Notes under the pieces: generated by a model
Told to the model about the DNA's origin: nothing
Databases searched by the model: none
The model's input: the letters and a program-made list of their open reading frames with translations, nothing else
NCBI GenBank assembly: GCA_963666425.2
Contig: CAXXTX010000016.1
Location: 1 to 61,992 of the forward strand
From: Bacillota bacterium
GTDB taxonomy: Bacteria; Bacillota; JAAYKD01
Direction of reading: 5' to 3'
Length of the DNA stretch: 61,992 bases
Shown here: positions 19,298 through 28,109 of the stretch, piece by piece
Numbering within the stretch: position 1 is the first letter of the stretch
Layout: every line of letters begins with the position of its first letter
Position numbers and translations under genes: made by a program

Positions 19298-20711
19298 AAT
19301 ACGGACTCTCATAAACGGCGGGGAAAATATACCTGTTGAGTTTAAAAAATCAACAAATGAAATAACAAAGGATGTATATGAAACTGTGTGCTCATTTTCC
19401 AACCGCGAAGGAGGGCATATCTTTCTTGGCGTCAAAAATAGCGGCGAGATATTAGGAATAGAACGAAACGATATTGACCACATTAAGAATGAATTTGTAA
19501 CTACCGTTAATAACACAAATAAATTTTACCCGCCATTGTATCTGACACCCGAGGAAATTGAGTTCGACGGACGAGTTGTTCTCCATATCTATGTTCCAAG
19601 CGGTACACAGGTCTGCCGTTGCGGTGGAAAAATCTATGACCGCAACCATGAAGCCGATATCGACATAACAAACAATTCCAATGCAGTTTATCAGCTTTAT
19701 GCTCGGAAACAGGACAGTTATTACATCAATAAGGTGACAGGCTTTGACATGTCTGATCTTCGTGCCGACCTTATTGGCCGTGCAAGAAAAATGAGCCGCA
19801 TACGCAATGACAGCCATCCTTGGCAGACTATGAGCGACGAAGAAATTCTTCGAAGTGCGGGTCTGATACTGAAAGATACCGAAACACAGCGTGAAGGTAT
19901 CACCCTTGCTGCAATTCTCCTATTTGGAAGAGATATTGCAATATTGTCTGCGTTGCCGCAGCATAAAACTGACGCAATATTCCGTGTGGAAAATCTAGAC
20001 CGATACGATGACAGGGATGTTATTATAACAAACCTGTTTGAAACTTATGACAGGCTTATTGAATTCGGAAAAAAGCATCTTAGCGATCCCTTCATGCTTG
20101 AGGGTATTTACAGTGTCAACGTAAGAGATAAGATCCTGCGTGGAATTTTTTCCAATAGCCTTGCTCACCGTGATTATTCGTCCGCATATGTTGCAAAATT
20201 TGTTATTGAACGTGAGAGGATGTATACAGAAAACGCCAACCGCTCCCACGGTTCCGGTATCCTCGACATAAAGAGCTTTGAGCCTTTTCCTAAAAACCCT
20301 GCAATCTCGAAAGTATTCCGCGAAGTGTCCCTTGCCGACGAACTTGGCTCCGGAATGCGAAACACCTACAAATATACGCAGATGTATTCAGGTGCAGCAC
20401 CGCAATTCATCGAGGGCGATGTATTCCGCACAATTATCCCGTTAAAAGCTGTAGCAACCGGGAAAGCCGGACCACTCGACAACCAACAAGTAAACCAACA
20501 AGTAAACCAACAAGTTGCCCTACAAGATAAAATATTACTGTTTTGTCCTTTTCCAAAAACTCGTAAGGAAATCACAGAGTTTTGCGGATACAAAGATACT
20601 CGTAATTTTGCTGCACGATATTTAAATCCACTGCTCGAAAGCGGAAAGCTTCAAATGACCATTCCCGATAAGCCCAATAGCCGAAATCAAAAATATGTCA
20701 AATCGAACTAA
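19284..20711 (+). CDS. AlbA_2 (Schlafen-like) + HATPase_c_4 + C-terminal HTH protein (RecG-like annotation family)
   Basis: 'GENIPVEFKK...ETVCSFSNREGGHIFLGV', 'NSLAHRDY', 'KNPAISKVF...DELGSG' and 'YLNPLLESGKLQMTIPDKPNSRNQKY'. A 12-bp repeat x3 at 20481-20515 encodes NQQV. Confidence 0.85.
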   Translation: MNTNEIRTLINGGENIPVEFKKSTNEITKDVYETVCSFSNREGGHIFLGVKNSGEILGIERNDIDHIKNEFVTTVNNTNKFYPPLYLTPEEIEFDGRVVLHIYVPSGTQVCRCGGKIYDRNHEADIDITNNSNAVYQLYARKQDSYYINKVTGFDMSDLRADLIGRARKMSRIRNDSHPWQTMSDEEILRSAGLILKDTETQREGITLAAILLFGRDIAILSALPQHKTDAIFRVENLDRYDDRDVIITNLFETYDRLIEFGKKHLSDPFMLEGIYSVNVRDKILRGIFSNSLAHRDYSSAYVAKFVIERERMYTENANRSHGSGILDIKSFEPFPKNPAISKVFREVSLADELGSGMRNTYKYTQMYSGAAPQFIEGDVFRTIIPLKAVATGKAGPLDNQQVNQQVNQQVALQDKILLFCPFPKTRKEITEFCGYKDTRNFAARYLNPLLESGKLQMTIPDKPNSRNQKYVKSN

Positions 20712-20813
20712 GTACATCTCTTTCATAGTTTCAAGCTCAGAACTTATGTGAAAAATTAGGTTCGTCGGTACATAATTGATTGATGCCCAATGTAGGGAAC
20801 ACGCGGCAGGGTT

Positions 20814-20945
20814 GTAGGGAATGGTCTTGACCATTCCGCACGTTCCCAAACACAAGCCGCTCCGTGTATATATGTAAATTGATGTTGGTGAACTTTCGTT
20901 ACTGTTCGGCTCAGCAACTCGGGCGAGTCAATGCCTCGCCCCTAC
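20814..20945. repeat. Inverted REP doublet
   Basis: GTAGGGAATGGTCTTGACCATTCCGC ... CGGGCGAGTCAATGCCTCGCCCCTAC. Confidence 0.7.
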
Positions 20946-21041
20946 ACCGGGGAAAGTTTTTGCCGCATTAATACGCATCTCCGCTGCGCATCCGTAGTAC
21001 CCTTTAAGTCACAATATCGCTGCACATCCTATTTCAGAAAC

Positions 21042-21465
21042 CTACTCATCCATCTCCCTATGTTCTGTATTTTGCTCATCAACAAAAATCTTCCTCAACA
21101 TACACCATCCCGTTCCGACCTTCCACCTTCCGGTTCGGGCCAGCCTTATACAATTTACACGAAATCGGTCCATAACAAAAAGTCTCAAACCTGTATTTCT
21201 TCCGGCCTCTCGGGTTCCAATTATCAATAATGATCTCAACAGGCATTCTACAACCCCACATACAACTATTACACTTACTATCATATGTCCTGGCTGCCAG
21301 TCTGCGGTGTCCTCTTTCTCTGAATGCTTCCAGTTCCGGCGGCACCAGTTCCAAGGGTGGTGAGGTGTTACCGATGGTATTACTTCGGCTGATGAGTTTA
21401 AGCTTGGAGACCTTATAGAAATCAACCGGCTCCGTGTTTGGATCGGCTGTAAGCGTCAAATAACA
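21042..21465 (-). pseudogene. 5'-truncated Cys-rich hypothetical protein fragment
   Basis: 'CNSCMWGCRMPVEIIIDNWNP...ETFCYGPISC'. There is no RBS or credible start because it abuts a repeat cluster. Correcting the +1 frameshift at ~21084-21088 joins the tail 'VDEQNTEHREMDE*'. Confidence 0.55.
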
Positions 21466-21469
21466 CCCA

Positions 21470-22216
21470 CTCCCCAACAATTACATTAACATCTTATCCT
21501 TAACATTTCCCCGTTCGTCGTTCCTCTCCCCAACAATTACATTGACATCTTATCCTTACCATTGCCCAAATGTAGGGAACGGTCTTGACCGTTCCGCCGT
21601 CCCCTCGTCTCCACCTCCGTCGTTCCTCTCCCCATCAATTACATTGACATCTTATCCTTAACATTGCCCAAATGTAGGGAACGGTCTTGACCGTTCCGTC
21701 GTTCCGCCGTTCTCCTTCGTTCCTCGTCCCCTCCGTCGCCCTCTGCCCAACAATTACATTGACATCTTATCCTTACCATTGCCCAAATGTAGGGAACGGT
21801 CTTGACCGTTCCGCCGTCCCCTCGTCTCCACCTCCGTCGTCCCTTCCGTCCCCTCCGTCGCCCTCTGCCCAACAATTACATTGACATCTTATCCTTACCA
21901 TTGCCCAAATGTAGGGAACGGTCTTGACCGTTCCGCCGTCCCCTCGTCTCCACCTCCGTCGTCCCTTCCGTCCCCTCCATCTCATCGCCGTTTCTTTTCT
22001 CCCTCCCTTAACACAATATGTACATCACAAAGCACTGTGTCCTCGCAGGAATCATCTTCCCGCTGAATACAGTGCTTTTTGCATGCCACTCGACAATATT
22101 TAAAACCCATATCAAGCTGTGCCAACACCCCCGTCCCCCTGGAACATCAAGCTGTGCCAACACCCCCGTCCCCCTGGAATATCAAGCTGTGCCAACACCC
22201 CCGTCCCCCTGGAACA
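21470..22216. repeat. Composite REP-like repeat cluster 3
   Basis: GTAG-REP at 21572, 21674, 21789 and 21911. The ~140-bp element at 22007-22146 is followed by a 35-bp tandem triplication of the CCCCGTCCCC hairpin ending at 22216. Confidence 0.9.
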
Positions 22217-22422
22217 TTTCTCTGCCATGGCATTGACCGCATTCATCAGCTGCAGGAAATTAGTTTCGGTGTCGATATTCTCTTCCCTATGCGCGCTGAG
22301 TAAAATATACTGGCCTGCTGTTAAATCCAGTGTTTCCAATACCTTGGAAACCTGGATTTTTTCTATATTTGCTGTTAACACTTCTGCCATGGGAGAACCA
22401 ACCACATAGGTCCTCTCCTTGG
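22217..22422 (-). pseudogene. Internal relic of an fnlC-like epimerase gene
   Basis: Homologous to 30961-31167 (VGSPMAEVLTANIEKIQ...NAMAEK), with mostly synonymous differences. Confidence 0.9.
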
Positions 22423-22447
22423 GAGTGAATAAAATTAAATTCCCCAG

Positions 22448-22476
22448 TTGTCTTGCTTGTAATTTTGGTATATAAT
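22448..22476 (+). promoter_or_regulatory. sigmaA promoter for kwaAB
   Basis: TTGTCT-17 bp-TATAAT. Confidence 0.55.
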
Positions 22477-22585
22477 CAAAACATTACCAAGTATAAATAA
22501 TAGAAATAGATATTTATGTGAGTAGATTATTTTTAACTTATAAAAATTACAGTATAGAAAAATAATATGGAGGTGAATACAACAC

Positions 22586-23221
22586 ATGGATATTTGGTTT
22601 AAGTGGAATATGTTTTACACTTCATTTCTTCCACTTTGGGCCTCTATTGTAGTCAGTGATGTATGGAGTATATGCCATAAAATGAATAATATACTTCCAA
22701 CCTCAACAGTTCAAACTGCTTCGAGAATTTTCACTGTTTGGAACATTGCGAAAATAGAAGTTATCACATTCTTGGTCTTAGTTCTTTATTCATTCTTTAG
22801 TATTATTTATCTCTGTTGTTTTATTTCCAATAAAAGAAAAAATCCATCATTGCCAACAGGAAAAATAGTCGAAGCGAAGCGCGCTAACAAACTATCTACT
22901 GAATTTTTGTTAGCCTACATATTACCTATGATTGCTTTTGATTTTAGTTCAGCACATGATGTTGTATTATTTCTGATATATTTTACGGTGCTATCATTTC
23001 TTTGCATAAGAAACAACAATATATATACTAATTTTCTATTTGAAATCAAGGGATACCGAATGTACGAATGTGATATCGAGTGTCCAGTATTGACTGAAAA
23101 TAAACTTTATAAAAATAGCTTAATTATAAGCAAAAATAAAACGCTTGCAAATTCAATACCACGTAAAATTGGTTATTTTGATTTTGATAATTATATCTAT
23201 ATTGATCTTGAGGGGGAGTAA
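22586..23221 (+). CDS. kwaA: Kiwa anti-phage membrane protein KwaA
   Basis: About 4 TM segments, 'EFLLAYILPMIAFDF' and 'RNNNIYTNFLFEIKGYRMY'. GGAGGTG RBS, followed by a DUF4868-like gene. Confidence 0.75.
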   Translation: MDIWFKWNMFYTSFLPLWASIVVSDVWSICHKMNNILPTSTVQTASRIFTVWNIAKIEVITFLVLVLYSFFSIIYLCCFISNKRKNPSLPTGKIVEAKRANKLSTEFLLAYILPMIAFDFSSAHDVVLFLIYFTVLSFLCIRNNNIYTNFLFEIKGYRMYECDIECPVLTENKLYKNSLIISKNKTLANSIPRKIGYFDFDNYIYIDLEGE

Positions 23222-23224
23222 AAT

Positions 23225-24175
23225 ATGAGCATAGGTGTCTTAAAATCCGCAATTGCTGTTGCTAGTTCTGAGCAGTATAATTGGTCATTACATTTCTTTA
23301 AAGTCGATCGCCGAGCAAAACTAAATCCTTATTTGGTTTTTAATATTGAATTTCGAAATACATCGGCCTTATCATCATATTGCACAAAGCTTTGCACGAT
23401 GGTATCTAAGTTCCAAGTAGATACACTAGAGGATGTACAAACATATAATGGTATAAACAGTAAGGTATCCTGTGATAAACTCAGCACAGAAAATGAATTG
23501 ATTGCAGATCAATGGAATTTTTTCTTTACTTCTGTTGCTAATGCAACACATGACAAGATTACCGGAAAATACCAAGGCTATATTATTACTGGACGACCTA
23601 AGCAGGAAGATGAAAGTCATCAACCTATTGTGTTTGTTAAAGCAGGTAATCCTGTTATCGATCTGAATAGGAATAAATCTATTGATTTTACTTATTCACA
23701 AGATGATAAATTAGAGAGTATTTCTGAGGAGGTGTGTCGTCTTTACTTTTTTGTTGATTTTATTGTTATAGGAAAAATGTTATATACCTTTTCATATAAA
23801 TTTGAGGAAATATTCAATTTAGTAAAAACTATGCAGAAATTGAAAACGTCTACAGTTGACAAGATTATTGAAACTGGAGCTTTTATTAATGGGGAACATG
23901 TAAAAAAATTAATGAATAGCTATAAATCCGCACGTACTTTCTTATCATTAAATGAAACTAGATTGAATAATCTTGCTATTGCCGATAAAAGAAGGGAAAT
24001 TGCAAAGTTACTTAAATTGAGTATTAACTCTTCAAATGCAATTCAACTTGATACCGATGATCAAGCAAGCCATATGATTAAATATCTTTGCTACAAAATA
24101 TTCCAAGACAAAGAAACAGATAATATTATTGAAGTAACTTCCGTAGTAAATGATAATGTAAAAGTTGGTGCATAA
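23225..24175 (+). CDS. kwaB: Kiwa anti-phage protein KwaB (DUF4868-like)
   Basis: 316 aa, with 'VDFIVIGKMLYTFSYKFEEIFN'. Lies 3 bp after kwaA; AT-rich pair. Confidence 0.72.
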   Translation: MSIGVLKSAIAVASSEQYNWSLHFFKVDRRAKLNPYLVFNIEFRNTSALSSYCTKLCTMVSKFQVDTLEDVQTYNGINSKVSCDKLSTENELIADQWNFFFTSVANATHDKITGKYQGYIITGRPKQEDESHQPIVFVKAGNPVIDLNRNKSIDFTYSQDDKLESISEEVCRLYFFVDFIVIGKMLYTFSYKFEEIFNLVKTMQKLKTSTVDKIIETGAFINGEHVKKLMNSYKSARTFLSLNETRLNNLAIADKRREIAKLLKLSINSSNAIQLDTDDQASHMIKYLCYKIFQDKETDNIIEVTSVVNDNVKVGA

Positions 24176-24382
24176 TTAACATATCATATGGTAGTGTAAA
24201 ATAGTTTGTGCTTTTGCCAATCCAAATCAATAGATGTATAATTGAATGGAGAGGTGAAAGAAATGGCACTCATGGAAAAAGCACAACTAAGAGAATTCAT
24301 CAAAGAGAACAACTTGAAAACCACAGAAGATATTCAGAACGCTCTGAAAGAAATGTTCAAGAGCACACTTGTATTTGTCAAT

Positions 24383-24472
24383 CGAAAAGTTGACCACCTT
24401 GCTATTCGAAAAGTTGACCACCTTGCTATTCGAAAAGTTGACCACCTTGCTATTCGAAAAGTTGACCACCTT
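24383..24472. repeat. 24-bp tandem repeat x~4 at the IS21 end (IstA-binding-type repeats)
   Basis: CGAAAAGTTGACCACCTTGCTATT repeated. Related copies occur at the other end (~26797-26840). Confidence 0.85.
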
Positions 24473-24506
24473 GGCGTAAAAAAATAAGATAAAAACTTAG
24501 TGAAAA

Positions 24507-25271
24507 CTAATTCAAATCCACCGCCTGGCGAGCCAGGCTTTCGCGAAAGCGATACGATTCTCCATCGAAAAGAATAATATTAGAATGGTGAGTCAGTCTG
24601 TCTAGCAAGGCAGAAGTTAATGCTGGGTCATGCAAGACTTCAACCCAGCGGGAAAACTCTAAGTTAGAGGTTATTATCAAGCTTCCTGTTTCGTAACGTT
24701 GAGAGATAAAATGAAATAGTAGTTTACCCTGTTCCCCAAGTGGGAGATAACCAAGTTCATCAAGAATAACAAGATCGACTCGGTTCCATGCTTTTAAGTA
24801 GCGGGGTAAGCGGAATTCCGCTTCAGCCAATTGAATTTCCTGCAAAAGCTGCATCACTGAAATGAACCGAACTCGAAAACCCTTTTGTAAAGCTTCCATT
24901 CCCAAGGCAATGCTAATATGACTTTTTCCCGTTCCAGCTCTGCCAATACAAATAATATTTTCTTTACGCTTAACATATTCGGAATCGGCAAGCTTTAATA
25001 TTTTGTTCTTTGGCAGTTGCGGGATTTTCGTAAAATCGAAATCCGCCAAGGTCTTCTCTGCCGGGAATTTAGCCTGACGAAGCAGAATTTGCTGTTTCTT
25101 TACCTGGCGATCGTGAATTTCTTGTTCTAAGCACAGTTTCAAGAATTGACTACAATTCAGGTTCCTTTCGTTTGCTTCGCGAACCAGAGCGCGAAACTGT
25201 TGTTTCAAGCCTGGTAAGCGAAGAAGTTTACAAGAGAGCTCAATTTGAGCCTCGGTTATATCAAGACTCAT
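24507..25271 (-). CDS. istB: IS21 helper ATPase IstB
   Basis: GRAGTGKSH, LVILDELGY, IITSN, 'LLDRLTHH...GESYR'. Confidence 0.95.
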   Translation of the reverse strand: MSLDITEAQIELSCKLLRLPGLKQQFRALVREANERNLNCSQFLKLCLEQEIHDRQVKKQQILLRQAKFPAEKTLADFDFTKIPQLPKNKILKLADSEYVKRKENIICIGRAGTGKSHISIALGMEALQKGFRVRFISVMQLLQEIQLAEAEFRLPRYLKAWNRVDLVILDELGYLPLGEQGKLLFHFISQRYETGSLIITSNLEFSRWVEVLHDPALTSALLDRLTHHSNIILFDGESYRFRESLARQAVDLN

Positions 25272-26737
25272 GCTCTCACCCCCTGCAACAACAAATCATA
25301 GCGTTGAGTATCTTGTATGGTGATCAGGGGAATCCCATTGGTGAGGAGTTGTCTTTGTGGGTCTCGCTGTTCTTCTAATGGGTTTCGTTTACTTTGTAAA
25401 TAGTGTCTCAGGGTCTCTTCGCAGGCTCGAGAAGCCCCAAGGTCGGTAATCGCAGCACCTATTTCATTCAACGGATACTCGTGTGTTAACAAAAGAACTC
25501 GTAAAAAATCTTTGTAGCCGGTTCCGTGCGCTTGCTCCATGTTCTCTTTGACCTGCTGAAAAGGTAAAGGCAATTGGCGAACCACCGTAGCATGTGTTAC
25601 CGCGTGTGGTTTTTTCTCTAAGGCATTGAGATAATGCTCTAATTGTAAAGAAGTATGGTTCCTACCGTAGCAGCGATCGTGAGTCGCAATAACATGGTTA
25701 CGGTGCAGAACTTCTATGCGATTCACATAAGCTTTAACAAATAAGTTTTCTCCTACAAACTCTGTGGGAACGGAGTAACGGTTTCGGTCAATGGTCACCA
25801 GTGAGTAAGAACTCACCTTCGCAGCCACTATTTTTGCTGCCGAGTATGGTTCTACTGGCAAAGGACGTAATTGCGCCTGTTCAGCTAACCACTTTTCTTG
25901 GTTTCTTGATTTTTCTTTCTTACACCAATTCAGTAATAAAGCGTTAAGTTCTTCCAAATTTTCGCATTCCGGCACGGGAACCATTGCTTGGCTGCGTACT
26001 TGCTTCACCAGACCCTCTACCGCTCCTTTCTCATTACCTTTTCTCGGTCGGCAAAAAAGACTGTTAAACAAATAGTGAGAGCGTAAACTTGAGAAATCCT
26101 CGTGTTCTTGGCGGTAAGGCCCCTCTAAGATCTTCACGACCTGCGTCTTCGCATTATCGTAGAGACCTTCTCTTGGCACACCACCGAAGTAAGCAAAACC
26201 TTGAACGTGTCCTTCCAAAAAGGCTTCCAGCCGTTCTGTTGGAAAAGCTACAACAAAGGGTACCGAACTGTGCTTCAAACGCATGCAAAAGATATTTACT
26301 TTCTGTTCATGACCGGCCAGCACCACTTGTGCATGCCCGAAGTCTACCTGAACCTGTTCACCCGGTGCTGCCGTTAAAGGTATAAATACTTCCGGTACTT
26401 TGTTTTTCAATTTGGCAACGCTCTGTCTCACGGTTGAACTGCCACCGGTAAAATTATGTTCATCCCTTAAGCGTTCATACATTCGTATCGCAGTATGCCT
26501 TTGTTTTTTCGGAGCTTTCTCGTCTTCTTCAATCCATTGCCGCAATATTTCCAAATACTGATCCATGACCGGTGCCGGCCGCTCTTTCTTAATTTCATAC
26601 TTTGGCTTTTCCGTATCCTCTATCATTTTTCGGATGGCTTGACGTGATATCTGAAGCTGACGACTGATTTTCCTGATGGGCCAGTCTTCCATGTAATACA
26701 GTTTTCTGATATACTCTTTATCGACCATCTTGTACAT
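25268..26737 (-). CDS. istA: IS21 transposase IstA
   Basis: N-terminal HTH, 'PGEQVQVDFG', 'YDNAK', 'GNEKGAVEG'. Likely start MYKMVDK at 26737. Confidence 0.95.
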   Translation of the reverse strand: MYKMVDKEYIRKLYYMEDWPIRKISRQLQISRQAIRKMIEDTEKPKYEIKKERPAPVMDQYLEILRQWIEEDEKAPKKQRHTAIRMYERLRDEHNFTGGSSTVRQSVAKLKNKVPEVFIPLTAAPGEQVQVDFGHAQVVLAGHEQKVNIFCMRLKHSSVPFVVAFPTERLEAFLEGHVQGFAYFGGVPREGLYDNAKTQVVKILEGPYRQEHEDFSSLRSHYLFNSLFCRPRKGNEKGAVEGLVKQVRSQAMVPVPECENLEELNALLLNWCKKEKSRNQEKWLAEQAQLRPLPVEPYSAAKIVAAKVSSYSLVTIDRNRYSVPTEFVGENLFVKAYVNRIEVLHRNHVIATHDRCYGRNHTSLQLEHYLNALEKKPHAVTHATVVRQLPLPFQQVKENMEQAHGTGYKDFLRVLLLTHEYPLNEIGAAITDLGASRACEETLRHYLQSKRNPLEEQRDPQRQLLTNGIPLITIQDTQRYDLLLQGVRA

Positions 26738-28109
26738 TTTCCTTTCCTCCTGCTTGATGTTTCTCGCAAATACATCATAACAGGAAAGGGGCTCAAGGTG
26801 GTCAACTTTTCGTTTAGCATTCGGTGCTAAACTGGTCAACATTTAGATTAGCATATACACACACTGGAAGAAATGTTGGAAGTAGAACTCGGTGATAGTC
26901 TCGGTTATGACAAAAATGACAGCCAAAAGAAAATGACCAGCAATCGCCGCAACAGTAATTCTAAAAAGACCGTTCGGAGTGAATATGGAGACATGGAAAT
27001 CGATATTCCTCGCGATCGCGAAGGGGAATTCGAACCAGTGATCATTCCAAAGTATCAAAAGAATGTCAATGGAATTGAAGAACAAATCCTGGCATTATAT
27101 GCGAAAGGAATCTCAACGCGCGATATCCAGGATCACTTGAATCAGCTCTATGGAATAGAGGTATCGCCAACTTTAATTTCTAATGTAACCAACAAAATCA
27201 TGCCCATGATTAAGGAATGGCAAGCGAGACCGCTGCAAAATATCTATGCCATCGTATTTCTCGATGCAATTCACTACAAAGTGCGCCAGGAAGGCCATAT
27301 TGTCAATAAAGCAGCCTATATGTGCATTGGCGTGGACTTGGAAGGCAATAAAGATGTCTTAGGTATGTGGATTGGCGAAACAGAATCCTCAAAATTCTGG
27401 TTGAGTGTACTCAATGATTTAAGAAACCGCGGTGTTCAAGATATTTTTAATCTTTAGTGTGGATAATTTATCCGGGTTTACAGAAGCTATTGCTGCTTGT
27501 TATCCGGATGCTGAAATTCAAAAATGCATTGTGCATCAGATCCGTAATTCAATCAAGTATGTTTCTTACAAGGATGTCAAGAAGATAACCGCTGCCTTGA
27601 AGCCAATTTACACAGCCCCTAGCGAAGGCGCCGGCTCGGCCGCGCTGGATGCCTTTGAACAGATCTGGGGGTCAAAATACCCCTTAATCGTGCAGTCCTG
27701 GCGGAAGAATTGGTCAGAGTTATCGACCTTTTTCAAATACTCTCCTGAGTTGCGTAAGCTGATTTATACGACAAACATGATTGAAAGCTATCATCGTCAG
27801 CTGCGAAAAGTGACAAAAGGGAAAAGCATATTCCCGAATGACGAAGCATTGCAGAAAATGCTTTACCTTGCTACTCAGGATGTTCTCAGGAAGTGGTCTG
27901 GGCGCATTCAAAACTGGGGCCAGATTCTCTTACAATTGTCGATTTATTTTCCGGATAAGGTTTCATCCTATTTGCAGTAATGTTTGTTCTGGTAAGCAAA
28001 AGCACAAAACTCTTGACAGACCCTATCATATATTTGATGATGCAGTCATTTGTTCGTTTCTATTTATGGGAGTAAGCCATGTCGCTTACTCCCATTTTTT
28101 TATCATCTC

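Larger units (their letters stand above)
24370..26859 (-). mobile_element. IS21-family element
   Basis: Ends TGTATTTGTCAATCGAAAAGTTGACCA and TGGTCAACATTTAGATTAGCATATACA. 6-bp TSD CACACT at 24364-24369 and 26860-26865. Carries istA and istB. Confidence 0.93.
24263..27980 (+). pseudogene. IS256 transposase, split by IS21 and with a +1 frameshift at ~27444-27448
   Basis: N-terminus at 24263-24369, resuming at 26866. Motifs 'IPRDREGEFEP', 'FLDAIHYKVR', 'QKCIVHQIRN' and 'IYTTNMIES'. Confidence 0.9.
24190..28023 (+). mobile_element. IS256-family element interrupted by IS21
   Basis: Imperfect IRs GGTAGTGTAAAATAGTTTGTGC / GCACAAAACTCTTGACAGACCC. 8-bp TSD TATCATAT at 24182-24189 and 24024+4000 (28024-28031). 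Confidence 0.9.

Noticed and set aside
13957-24180. Classical integron cassette array
   Set aside because: There is no tyrosine integrase and no attC-type RYYYAAC/GTTRRRY sites were recognised. The modules have their own promoters and mixed orientation.
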